64,000 bases of DNA from Octopus sinensis (lineage: Eukaryota): the NCBI RefSeq assembly GCF_006345805.1, contig NC_043011.1:37584464-37648463 (forward strand), in the 5' to 3' direction. Position numbers and translations under genes: made by a program. Below are positions 13,413 to 25,040 of this stretch, in pieces. The notes beneath the pieces are model-generated. The model saw only the letters and a list, made by a program, of their open reading frames with translations, made no database searches and was not told the DNA's origin. Numbering within the stretch: position 1 is the stretch's first letter; every line of letters begins with the position of its first letter.

Positions 13413-14114
13413 AAAAAATTTGAGTTTTAATAAAATTTATCTTCATAAAATAAAATGGAAGATAGTCTTGTTAAAATGTTCATTTGAATCTAAAACAATA
13501 CTTGACATTCTTGTTTATATTTCGTATTAAAATTACCTGTATTTGTTTAACGAAAGAAAAATACATGGAACAGGTATTTGTATTTATTGGAGCAACAATT
13601 AAATATGTTAATAATTTTTTACGATTCCTCGAAATTAATAACTTCGTTATTGATTATTACATTGTGAATTAGTTAATTTAACTTAAATATTAAAATTTAA
13701 AATTAACTTGACAGTCAAATATAAGACGATATGAAGTTATGAAAAAATATTGCAGATGTCCGTATTTTTAGCAAACAAGCATAATATAAAAATATTATGA
13801 TATAGTTGGGTGATTGAATTAGTCAAGGAGAAATAATTGCGATTCATAAATACATTTATATTATATTCGCTAATTTCATCGCTGAAATTTCATATATGTA
13901 TAACGTATTAAAGTATTCGAATAAGATTTAATTAAATACGTAAAACTGAATCACATGTCGACTTCCAGAAGAGCAGTACGGGAAAGTGTAGACATATTAA
14001 ATGGGATGCTTTTAAATAAAATTCACTGTTTCTAGCATAAACACAATGACAAATTTAAGAAGCAGATTAGACGATTACAAAAACAACAACAACAACAACA
14101 ACAATACGAATAAT

Positions 14115-14328
14115 AATCCTGTCTACTATAGGCACAAGGGATCAAATGTGTGGGGAAGGACAAGTCGATTACATCGATCTTAGTGTTTCACTAGTACTTA
14201 ATTTATCGACCGCGAAAGGATGAAAAGTAAAACCGACCTCAGCAGAATTTGAACTTAAAACGTTGCGACGGGCGAAATACCGCTAAGCATGTCGTACGGC
14301 GTGCTAACGATTCTACCATCTCGCTGCT

Positions 14329-14330
<2 letters not shown>
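14115..14330 (-). mobile_element. tRNA-derived SINE with MESC/Meta-like central domain, tail type A
   Basis: Minus strand has a tRNA-like head with a B-box-like GTTCAAAT, a central CTTTTCATCCTTTCGCGGTCGATAAATTAAGTAC and the tail ..CCTTGTGCCTATAGTAGA. Many similar copies occur in the window. Confidence 0.75.
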
Positions 14331-14403
<73 letters not shown>

Positions 14404-14404
<1 letters not shown>

Positions 14405-14863
14405 TGGCTGACGATATGTGCATCTCTGATCACGAGCAGAAGTAGTGGGGGAGCATCATAGCCATGTGTTGAGGGGGATTCTTTGGGGTTTGAATAATTC
14501 ACCTCTGGAAACATGGGTGGTTCTTTCAACATCCTTAAACAACCCTTATTCAGGGACCTTTTGAGCGGGATGGGCTACTCAACCTGAAGAAAATTCTAAC
14601 TGGGCCCCATCTGCAAGGTCATGTGCTGTTTATCTTGATATGAGATCAGCATGTCGCGCACATATGGTTGTGATGCATGTGCCTGGTATACCCTTATCAG
14701 ACGGGTAGTCATGACGTTTTAAGTTCCTCGACTGAGGAAAGTAACTGCGAATGATCCGTCCTTGTTTTCTTTGTATCGTCTATCTGGATGTTTTGTTGTT
14801 TATATTGGGCTTCGTATATTTTACCCCAGTGTCACTTTGATGGCATGAACTGCTCTCTCACTC

Positions 14864-14864
<1 letters not shown>
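14404..14864 (+). mobile_element. Non-coding retroposon embedded in (TAA)n, 5'-truncated copy, carrying an 86-nt templated insertion
   Basis: Highly similar to the 3' part of 20563..21120, with the same 3' end (..GAACTGCTCTCTCA) and (TAA)n on both sides. Confidence 0.7.
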
Positions 14865-14938
<74 letters not shown>

Positions 14939-14956
14939 TAATAATAATAATAATAA

Positions 14957-14987
<31 letters not shown>

Positions 14988-15008
14988 AAGAAGAAGAAGA
15001 AGAAGAAG

Positions 15009-15485
15009 ACAGGCCTGACAGAGCAGCACAATATTTTCACTGGATAACTTACGAAAAACTTGACCTGCGCCATGATGAAAACTGGTGGGACCACAAACCA
15101 ACTCCAGTGCTTAAATATGATCAGACCTCACTCTTCTGGAACTCCTCCATTCCAACTGACAGAAAGATAGATGCGAATATGCCAGACATTATATTGAAAG
15201 ACTTCAGGCAAAAATCATGCCTCCTTATTGATATGACTGTCTCAATCGACATAAACGTATCTGTCAAGACTTACCAAAAACTATTGACATAGATATTGAA
15301 AATATTGAAATAGAAATTGACAAAATGTGGAACCTCCTGATTAAAACAATACCTGATGTCATAGGTGCCCTAGGAATGATACCAAAAGGCTGATTCCTAT
15401 CTGGCTGAAATACCAGAAAACCCCAAAATGGAAGAAATTCAAAGGATAGTGCTCATGGTAACTGCCCATATCCTACGTAAAATAG
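15009..15485 (+). mobile_element. R4/Dong-like retrotransposon RLE-domain fragment (degraded)
   Basis: Reads RPDRAAQYFHW...WWDHKPTPVLK...TDRKIDANMPDIILKDFRQKSCLLIDM..V (PD..D motif), then IEIDKMWNL.IKTIPDVIGALG. It follows a (TAA)n/(GAA)n tract. Confidence 0.85.
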
Positions 15486-15494
15486 ATGTGTGTT

Positions 15495-15655
15495 GTTGTG
15501 TCTGTGTTTCCCCCACACTCGTTTGACCAGCGATGTTGGTATCTTCACGACTCGCTATAATATGTCCTGGGGAGGATTTGTTCGACTAAAGGTGGTGCTC
15601 CAGCATGACCGCAGTCATATGACTAAATCAAGTAAAAGAAAAGAAAAGAAAAGAG
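15495..15655 (+). mobile_element. SINE 3' module, internally deleted
   Basis: GGTGGTGCTCCAGCATGACCGCAGTCATATGACTAAATCAAGTAAAAGA, as in 13205..13412. Confidence 0.6.
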
Positions 15656-16239
15656 AAGTTTGACAGGCTAGAAATAGAAGCAACAAGGTGAAAGAGAAAG
15701 ACCGAAATAAAGAAAGAATCAAACAAACAAGGCAGGGCTACAAAGAAGGAGCAGGGTACAGTCACACCGATTATGTGTAAACTTAGTGTTAATAAACACC
15801 TGGTAGTGTGTTGCGAACCGTTAATTGATAAATGACCAAATGAATAAATGCATTGTAAACAAACAACAGATAAAAAATGTATACGTATAAGACAACGAAG
15901 GCTCATTAATTCTTCATTAGTTATCAACCAGAATTGTAATACTTCGCACCTTTGATTATTGATGAAGAATGAGAGAAGCTTTGTATCTTATACGTATACA
16001 ATTATTAACAGGAAGTTTACATATATTCGGTGTAACACTACACTGCTCTGTCTTTCTTTTTTGACTGAATAAAGTAACACAATAAAACAATACACATACC
16101 TCCCTGTTTTTGACCTGCCATTTTGACCTGCTAATGTACCCACACAACACTCCTTTATTCTACTACTACTAGCCTGCTACCGTGTTGTTCGCCATACACA
16201 CGCACACACACACACGCATACACTCACACACACACTTGT

Positions 16240-16525
16240 CATCTTCGCACACCTTCTTTACCATACCGTCTTTGATATAGCTCTCCTGTTTTTTAAAAAC
16301 ATTTTCTTCTACTCTAACCACTTCCGTCTTTTAGTATGTGACCTCGTCTCTATCACTAGCGATTTCTTTTCCTCTGTCTTCCCTTCTCGGGACCTTTCCT
16401 TCTCCTATGTTTCCGACGAAGAGCTCCGCTCGAAACGTCATACCCTCCTTCTTCGCTTCTTTCCTGAGCGTCAAATAATACTTTATTTGTTCCACGTACT
16501 TGCGTTGTTTTTTTCTTTGGATTAA
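16240..16525 (+). mobile_element. PLE terminal-repeat-like sequence with a degenerate minimal hammerhead
   Basis: 16413..16439 reads CCGACGA-AGAGC-TCC-GCTC-GAAAC-GTC (core CUGANGA with U4C), preceded by a pyrimidine-rich tract. Confidence 0.5.
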
Positions 16526-16602
16526 CTTTATATATATATATAATATACATATATATATACATGTATATATATATATGTGTATATATATATATATATATAT
16601 AA

Positions 16603-16649
<47 letters not shown>

Positions 16650-16667
16650 TATACATGTATATATATG

Positions 16668-16813
<146 letters not shown>

Positions 16814-16861
16814 TATATATAAAGGAGACCAACAGTGTACGTACGCCGCTATATGTACATA

Positions 16862-17082
16862 CAAAAAATCAGAACAAAACATGTAACAAAACGTAACAGG
16901 CGACAAGAAAACATTCGGACAGTAGGTCCTACCGAAACTGCAAAGATGATCTGCTTCTCGACTGTAGATTGAAGCTCCGAATGACCCATCTTTGTTTATT
17001 TCTCTCCTTTTTAGCATCACCTACTGTCCGAATGTTTTCTTGTCGCCTGTTTTGACTTGTTCCATTTTTGTTCTGATTTTAT
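16862..17082. repeat. Foldback (inverted-repeat) element
   Basis: AACAGGCGACAAGAAAACATTCGGACAGTAGGT (about 16894..16926) is the reverse complement of ACCTACTGTCCGAATGTTTTCTTGTCGCCTGTT (about 17019..17051). The outer AAAATCAGAACAAAA / TTTTGTTCTGATTTT also pair. Confidence 0.75.
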
Positions 17083-17118
17083 ATGTGTGTGCGTGTGTGT
17101 GTGTGTGTGTGTAACGAC

Positions 17119-17163
<45 letters not shown>

Positions 17164-17528
17164 CATACATACATACATACATACATACATACATTTATGT
17201 CTAATCACAAATTCTCTTTACTTAATTCTCTTTTACATTATAATAAATCAACAGGTCACTACAGCTTGGGAAACCAATTGTAAATAAATGACAAACAGCA
17301 GGTGTTATATACTCAATTTCATTATATTATACTAGTTTCATTATTTTAATGGTTCCAATCAGGCTATGAGCTGACACATTTTCTCTCATCTTAGCATATA
17401 CGGGTACATATTTCAGAAACTGCCGCAAGATATTAAATGTGATTGCGTAGCTCTTCTTCTTTTGTGATTAATTTCTTATATATACATAAACACACACACA
17501 TACATATATATGTATAGATATGTGTGTG

Positions 17529-17575
<47 letters not shown>

Positions 17576-18077
17576 GAATAAGTTGGAGTCAAAAAGTAGG
17601 AGTACAGTTGGACATATATTAGTAGTCACTATAGTTGTTTCCACGCAACGTAGTCCTCTCGCTTTGCAGGTAGTTGTTTATGTAACCGTTTCCCTGGATT
17701 ATGAAATCTAGTTTTATTTCCTCAGGCCATATATAAATATTGTCTCCGTAAACGCAAATTTTCGGCTCCAAGAGCCACCTGTCAGTCTGTCGTGGCCTGC
17801 TAGGTAATAGGAGCCACTGAACGTTGCTGTCACTAAGGTTGGACGAGCTTTACACCGTACTCTACTACGCTCTTTAGCAGATTATAACATAAAATTATAT
17901 GTGTATATATGTATGTGTGTGCGTGCGTGTTTGTGTAGTGGGACAACCTCTATGCAACAGCCGTGAAATAAAGTCGCTTGATTCATTGCAACATATCAGC
18001 GCCCCTTAATAAGGGCATATAAACAATTTTGGACTTTGTAAATATTTTAGATCATAAATATATATTTATCAAACAAC

Positions 18078-18255
18078 ATTATGTACGTTATTTACATTTG
18101 ACGGATATTTGTCCTCATCTTGTTTGTTGTTAACACAATGTTTCGGCTGATATACCCTCCATCCTTCATAAGGTGTCTGACGGGTATATCAGCCGAAACG
18201 TTGTGTTCACAACAAACAATTTGAAGGCAAATATCCGTAGATAATGTACATAATT
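18078..18255. repeat. Foldback element with degenerate hammerhead halves (PLE-like inverted terminal repeats)
   Basis: TTGTTTGTTGTTAACACAATGTTTCGGCTGATATACCC pairs with GGGTATATCAGCCGAAACGTTGTGTTCACAACAAACAA. Minus strand reads CTTATGA-AGGATGG...CAGCC-GAAAC-ATTGT-GTTA. Confidence 0.65.
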
Positions 18256-18635
18256 CCTCATCTCTTAAATATAGAAATGTATTATCAAACTACATATAAT
18301 CAATTATTTTTCCTCCAAAATGACAAATTTTGCTTCTAATAGTAACAATCACTCAAAAATTATTTACACACCGATTTTTAAAAAAAATTATCTACTACTA
18401 AACTACGAATGATAACTTATTCCGAAAGCATAAAATTATAACGTTATCAAAAACTAATTTGTTATGAAAAGCATAAGAAAACGGATCTGCTATACAATTA
18501 TTCTACTACTTAACTACCTGTTTTCTAGTAAATAAATAAATTATATATATTGTTTATATACATATAAACATACATATGTACCTATACAGATGTGTATAGG
18601 TACATATATACACACAAATACACATACTTATATAA

Positions 18636-18790
18636 AGCTCTGTGAAAAGTAATTTCCTTCCCAATAATATGATTGCGTTTTATGTCCCATTGCGAGACAC
18701 ATCGGGCAAACGTCTTCTAATATAGTCACTGGCCAACTAACGCCCTTTCAGTACACGTGGTACACGGTAACTGAAAGAAGACCGTCGTAT
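18636..18790 (+). mobile_element. Degenerate tRNA-derived SINE 5' module
   Basis: Resembles 58271..58442 (..GGGCAA..GTCTTCT..TATAG...AACTGAAAGAAG.CCGTCGTA). Confidence 0.45.
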
Positions 18791-18822
18791 TTATATATAT
18801 ATATGTATATATATATATATAC

Positions 18823-18879
<57 letters not shown>

Positions 18880-19175
18880 ACAAAAATTTAGACTCATGAA
18901 TATGGTACTTCAGATGAGGCACCAGAATTTAGTACGGGATTATCCATACAATTTCAAAGTAAGGTGATTAAAATCAAAATATTTAATAATATATATATAT
19001 ATATATATGATAGAATGATTACTGTGAAGCATTTTCTAGAATATATTGTATAAAAATTGTGGGTATAGTCAAAACAATGTGTAGTAAAAACTCTACATTA
19101 GTTCACATATTTGTTTTCTTGTGATTTATTTTGCATTCTTTTGGCCTTACCCACGATCTTTTATACAATACATAC

Positions 19176-19206
<31 letters not shown>

Positions 19207-19230
19207 ATATATTATATATATATATATATA

Positions 19231-19542
19231 TACGGCACAATTATTATTATACGGCACAATTATTTCACCTCAATTGGCCCCGCTCTCTTTAACATTACAC
19301 CATAACACATTAAAACAGAAACTGACCCTATAGGGTTCAAGAAGTCTTTGGACAAATTCCTTCAAGAAATCCCGGATAAACCCCCTACACCCGGATATGT
19401 CTCTGTAAACAATAACTCTCTACTTGAGTGGGCCATAGTGCCCAAATTCTGACTTGAAAGACTTCACCAGGTGGTGCTGTCAAGTTAGACATGGCCTGGG
19501 CCAATAATGGCCGAAACCTATCAAAGTATCAAAGTATCAAAG

Positions 19543-19545
<3 letters not shown>
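19231..19545 (+). mobile_element. CR1-clade LINE 3' end
   Basis: Reads RHNYFTSIGPALFNITP*HIKTETDPIGFKKSLDKFLQEIPDKPPTPGYVSVNNNSLLEW, a typical CR1 ORF2 terminus. A short 3' UTR ends in (TATCAAAG)3. Confidence 0.8.
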
Positions 19546-19578
<33 letters not shown>

Positions 19579-19626
19579 CATATATATTTATATATATGTT
19601 TGTATGTATATATACATGTATATGTC

Positions 19627-19658
<32 letters not shown>

Positions 19659-20310
19659 TGTACGTATATATATATGTACATACACACGTATACGTATGCG
19701 TAAATACCAATTTAAAAAGAGGCAATCACACTGACTGTCATATTTCAAGGTATATCAATATCAATCGTCTTCACATTCAGACTATGCCTTTGTGAAGTAA
19801 ATATTCCATTCCGAAGCTCTTCTGCTTCACTAATCTCCGCAGCAACATCATACTTAGTGTTGTTTAACTAGAAATAATTAAAAACTAATAAAGAAATCAT
19901 GACATTTTACTCATACCTCTTAACTGTTAAGATCGAATTAGACTTGCTAGAGTTTACAAATCTTGCCAATTTCAGTTTCCGAATGACTGTAAATTTCTTT
20001 AAAAGATATTGATTTTCGTATGTAGTCTTTATCCTGCCTTTCAGCCAATATCTTGTGGACAGTTCGCTTAGTTGGTTGTTACTCATTCAGATTTGTGTAC
20101 GTAAATGATAGGATGGTATTTGAACTTCAATGAATCTTCTGAAGTGAAATAATTATATTAGAAATTAGCTGATTGCGAAAACGAATAGAATGCAAATAAG
20201 AAAATAATAATAACGACGACAATAATGATAATGGTGCCGATGATGATGATGATGATAATAAAAATAATAATAATAGTAATAATAATAATAATGATGATTA
20301 TAATAATGAC

Positions 20311-20375
<65 letters not shown>

Positions 20376-20500
20376 CAATAATAATACCTTTGAATGTGTG
20401 TCTGTAATTGGAGAATGCATACAATGAGCTTCTCCGCTCTAGGTGTACGGAAAACACTCAGCGAGAAACGGAAGAAAATTTGAAGAATGAAGGAAAAATG

Positions 20501-20562
<62 letters not shown>

Positions 20563-20566
<4 letters not shown>

Positions 20567-21120
20567 GCCCTGATGCAGTACCAGGCAGTGGCTCTCATGG
20601 CTCCTGATCTTAACTGACTGGAAGTGTTATCATGTACATTGTTTTGTCTTGGTATAAAAGATGGGCTACAGCAAATATTCTGCTCAATACCACAGATTTG
20701 CTTGTCAGTTGTTTGACCTTAACCAGTTGAGCATGTCCCCGAGTGGCTGACAATATGTGCATCTCTGATCACGAGCAGAAGTAGTGGGGGAGCATCATAG
20801 CCATGTGTTGAGAGGGATTGTTTGGGGTTTGAATAGTTCACCTCTGGAAACATGAGTGGTTCTTTCAACATCCTCAAACAACCTTTAATCAGGGACCTTT
20901 TGAGCGGGATGGGCTACCCAACCTGAAGAAAATTCTAACTGGGCCCCACCTGCAAGGTCATGTGCTGTTTATCTTGATATGCGATCACCATGTCGCGCAC
21001 ATATGGTTGTGATGTATGTGCCTGGTGTACCCTTATCAGACGGGTAGTCATGATGGGTATATTGGGCTTTGTATATTTTACTCCAGTGTCACTTTGATGG
21101 CATGAACTGCTCTCTCAATA
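20563..21120 (+). mobile_element. Non-coding retroposon embedded in (TAA)n, longer copy (about 555 bp)
   Basis: Flanked by (TAA)n on both sides and homologous to 14404..14864. No long ORF. Confidence 0.7.
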
Positions 21121-21150
21121 ATAATAATAATAATAATAAAAATAATAATA

Positions 21151-21182
<32 letters not shown>

Positions 21183-21186
21183 ATTC

Positions 21187-21276
<90 letters not shown>

Positions 21277-21329
21277 GTCAAGACGAAGAGCGCGATTCGA
21301 TTATAAGATATTTTATTAGTTGAACGATA

Positions 21330-21597
21330 TTTCAACAGTACGTTGGTATACATTGGACAAGAAGATATATATGCATAGCATACAAAGGTAAAATAAGAAA
21401 AATGGGCGGAGAAGGACGATAGAGATGTGACCCTCCTGATACAGAAGCGCCTTTTTGGAACCCCACTCTCCGAGGTTTTCCTGAAATCCTATGATTAAGT
21501 GCCTTCTCCTGTTGCTTCTCTCCGACTCAGAGGTGTACACGTAGGAGGGTGTGCCATCCACTCGCGCCATTTTCGCAGCTTTCACCCACCTTTCAAT
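21330..21597 (-). mobile_element. L1/Tx1-like LINE 3' fragment
   Basis: ERWVKAAKMARV is homologous in DNA and protein to KRWVNVAKMVRA at the ORF end of the LINE at 25041..26660. Confidence 0.6.
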
Positions 21598-21644
21598 ATG
21601 ATAACGACGACGACGATGAGTATGACGATGACGACGACCACGAT

Positions 21645-22075
21645 GATGATGATGATGGACTCTCCCGTCAAAGATGAGATATGAGTGTATTGCCACAAAA
21701 AATCTCAAGCTGGCATGCAGAAGGCCATTGCCTTTTGCATGTCATCTTAATGTCGATTGGCTAAACAATGACTATAATGTGTTATGCTCATCTGTGGAGG
21801 AGGCTGCAGCACATATTCTTTCTGAAAATGTGCATAGAAACGCGGGAAGGTGTGTTTGCTGATGCAGGCGCAGCTGTGAGTAGGTACAGATGGAGTTGTG
21901 TGGATGAACATTCGGAGCCTTATAGAGGTGCAAACATATTTTTGTGGTTAATAAATTCGCTTCACAGATACATGCTTTCCCCTTCTGCGCCACTGCGAGG
22001 CTCCTTAGCAAATGACATGTACTGTAGCCCTGAGACAACAAGTGTTTTGAGAGTGGAAGCTGAGCAAGGCAGTCT
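21645..22075 (-). mobile_element. Probable RTE-like LINE 3' fragment (decayed Zn-finger region, CAT-repeat tail)
   Basis: Minus-strand FLCTFSERICAAAS resembles the FxCxxCxRxC finger in the 61168 RTE copy. It ends ..GACGGGAGAGTC followed by (CAT)n. Confidence 0.4.
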
Positions 22076-23357
22076 TAAATTTACCTATCAATCTACCTAT
22101 AAATATGTCTGTCTGTCTATCTAAGAATGCATGAGGCAATATTATAACAAAGTTGTCCAACGTGCAACGCATTGAGAGTGAACCCGGAACGACTGGGTTT
22201 GCTCGTGTGTGTATGCGTGCTTATCTGTGTGTGCATGTGCATTTTTTGTGTCTGTTAATCTATCAAAGTTTGCCAACATGCGAATATTCCTTTATATCTG
22301 TATAAGTTAGCAGCTCTGGAAAATGAACCTGCAGAAAAATTGTCCTCATCTGGGTCCATATCATCTCAGTGAGGGTGGGTGAATACATATAAGATTTGTA
22401 GGGCTCCACAGAAGCAAAATAGTCAATTGGGGATCCAAAGTAGTACTTTTTGTTTTTGATCTATTTATGATAAGAAACAATTAGGTTTTGTTCTCGAATG
22501 CCTTTAACAGTTCAGCATATTTCGTGCCGCTGGAACATGTGCGCTTAGAGACTATTATAATAAACCTAAACAAGTGAATGTGTGAAAAGAAAATAGGAAT
22601 TTAGAACGAAGTATCAACAAAACCAGTTTTTACACATGAGATGCTTATGTTTGTGTGGCACCAGCATAAATGAGTCGAAAGTAAAATCCAAAAAAATACT
22701 GCTTTACAAGAAACAAATACGAGACACAAAAGTAAATTCTGAGGTCGATTTCGATCTAGTAAAACATTTGATTTGATGGAAGATAACATGGCCTGAGCTC
22801 ATGGGGGGAAAACAAGATATAATTTGAAGAACAGATATGGATGATGAATGTAAATAGTAGCTCGGGTAAGTCAGCTGCAGGGAGATCAGGATAAGCTGAA
22901 AACAGGTTTTACATGTTTTACTCGGGGCTACAGACAAATCGTAAGACCTGCAGTTAACATATGAACCACCATCACCACTTTTATTTGAATATCGCATAGA
23001 ATATCCTATGAGACATGATCGCGTAGTGACTCACAATACATATCAATCGATAAATAAAACTAACTATATAAATAAGTATATATATATATACATACATTAA
23101 ATAAATAATCACTTAGGCTTGAAATTAAAAAAGAAAACAAAATGAAAGTGACAAACAAAACAATTAAAACCAATGAAATTGTAAATATCATGAATAATTC
23201 AGTCGAATATGAAATCTTGTTAGAAGTAGCTGAGCAAGATTTTTCAGTTATATTTTTACATTTATTACATTAATATGGATGTGTGTGTACATATATCTAT
23301 CTACTTATCTTTCTTTCTCTCACTCTCTCTCTCTCTCTCACTTTATACATACATATA

Positions 23358-23422
<65 letters not shown>

Positions 23423-23470
23423 ATATGTATACAAACATATAAGGGATGGCGATAATAGGACATCCGACTT

Positions 23471-23519
<49 letters not shown>

Positions 23520-24426
23520 ATATTTATATGCATATCTAAATACATATATTTCAGTATATGTACATATACATATATATAATCAAGTGCGTTCGTATTGGTA
23601 TATACAATATTATACGCACGTTTGTTTAAAATTATTATGAAGTAGATATGCATGAATGTATATACATAAACACTCAAAAAACACACACGTGTATATATAT
23701 AAATGTATCCATGTGTGTGTGTATGTGTCTTTGTTTGTGTGTGTGTGTGTGTGTTTGTTTGTGTGCGCGCGCGCGTTTGTGTGTGTGTATGTAAATAGCG
23801 TTTTCCTTCCGGTTGGTCAGCTTTTCTGTATTTTCTATTCAGAAATATTTTTTATTAACTTAGATTCATTCTTTACTATACTACGTACTAATCAAATACT
23901 AAGTTTACTATAATGGTGACCTAACTTCATTTCTTCTATATTTTCCCAACCACATTTATTTACAATTATTTTTATTTTTTTGTTTCTTTTTCATGTACTT
24001 ATGATATTTAACTACGTTTTTTCTTTCTCTCTTCAGGATTGTGATAACTCAATTAATTGATAATTATATTAAGCTGCTTGTTACTGTTATGGAAAAACAG
24101 TGATAAAACTCTTCATATAACATGCATGAGAATCTAATAGAGCAAATGAGAAACGAGGAGACGTATGGAAATAAGTGAATAAATACGTAAAGAAATGTAT
24201 AAAAACACAGCATTAATAAACATTTAATTACCGCTATTGACAGCTTTTAACGAAGCTTTTCATAGTGTAATCTAAATATTATAAAAACACGATAAGTTGA
24301 TAATTAAATGTAAAAAATAAATGAAATTAACAAAACTAATATACACATATATATATATATATCATAAACTATATATATATACACTAAATATATATATATA
24401 TATAATTATCATCATGTATATGCATA

Positions 24427-24470
<44 letters not shown>

Positions 24471-24595
24471 TATATGCATATACATATATATTACAAACAT
24501 ATATATATATATACATATATAGTACATATATGCTATATATATGTAAGCGTATCTAGGTATGTGCATGTGTGTGTATGCGTGTATGTGTATGTATA

Positions 24596-24648
<53 letters not shown>

Positions 24649-24656
24649 ATATGTAC

Positions 24657-24688
<32 letters not shown>

Positions 24689-25040
24689 TTATATATTTAT
24701 GCATGCATACATATATGTATATCTCTGTATTTATTCATTCATATATGAATATGTGAATGTGTGTGTGTGTGTTTGTGTGTTTGTTTGAATTTTTGATGCA
24801 ATGCCAATACGAGCTGGTAATTATGCATTTCAACTTTCTTTGGTGTTTATTCATGAATATTTGCTTCAGTTTTTGTTAATGGTGCTTTCCACGACCACTA
24901 TGACGACCAACATTATAAACATTATCATCCTCAAAGTATCAGCATTCGAAATAAGGTATTTCCGATGACTATGGTATTGATGCTAATAAATAAATGTAGT
25001 TGAGGTGGTGGTGGTGGTGGTGGTGTTACGGTGCAGATGA

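Noticed and set aside
14239-14532. ORF MLKEPPMFPEVNY...IIIII
   Set aside because: Antisense read-through of the non-coding retroposon, (TAA)n and a SINE head.
21316-21708. 130-aa ORF with a His/Arg run and a hydrophobic C-terminus, resembling a membrane-protein exon
   Set aside because: It is a composite of a probable RTE tail, a (CAT/CGT)n microsatellite and an L1/Tx1 3' end homologous to 25380..25410.
22690-23040. Possible Gypsy RT fragment (TFDL..)
   Set aside because: Only a 4-residue resemblance, many stops and no supporting motifs. Left unassigned.
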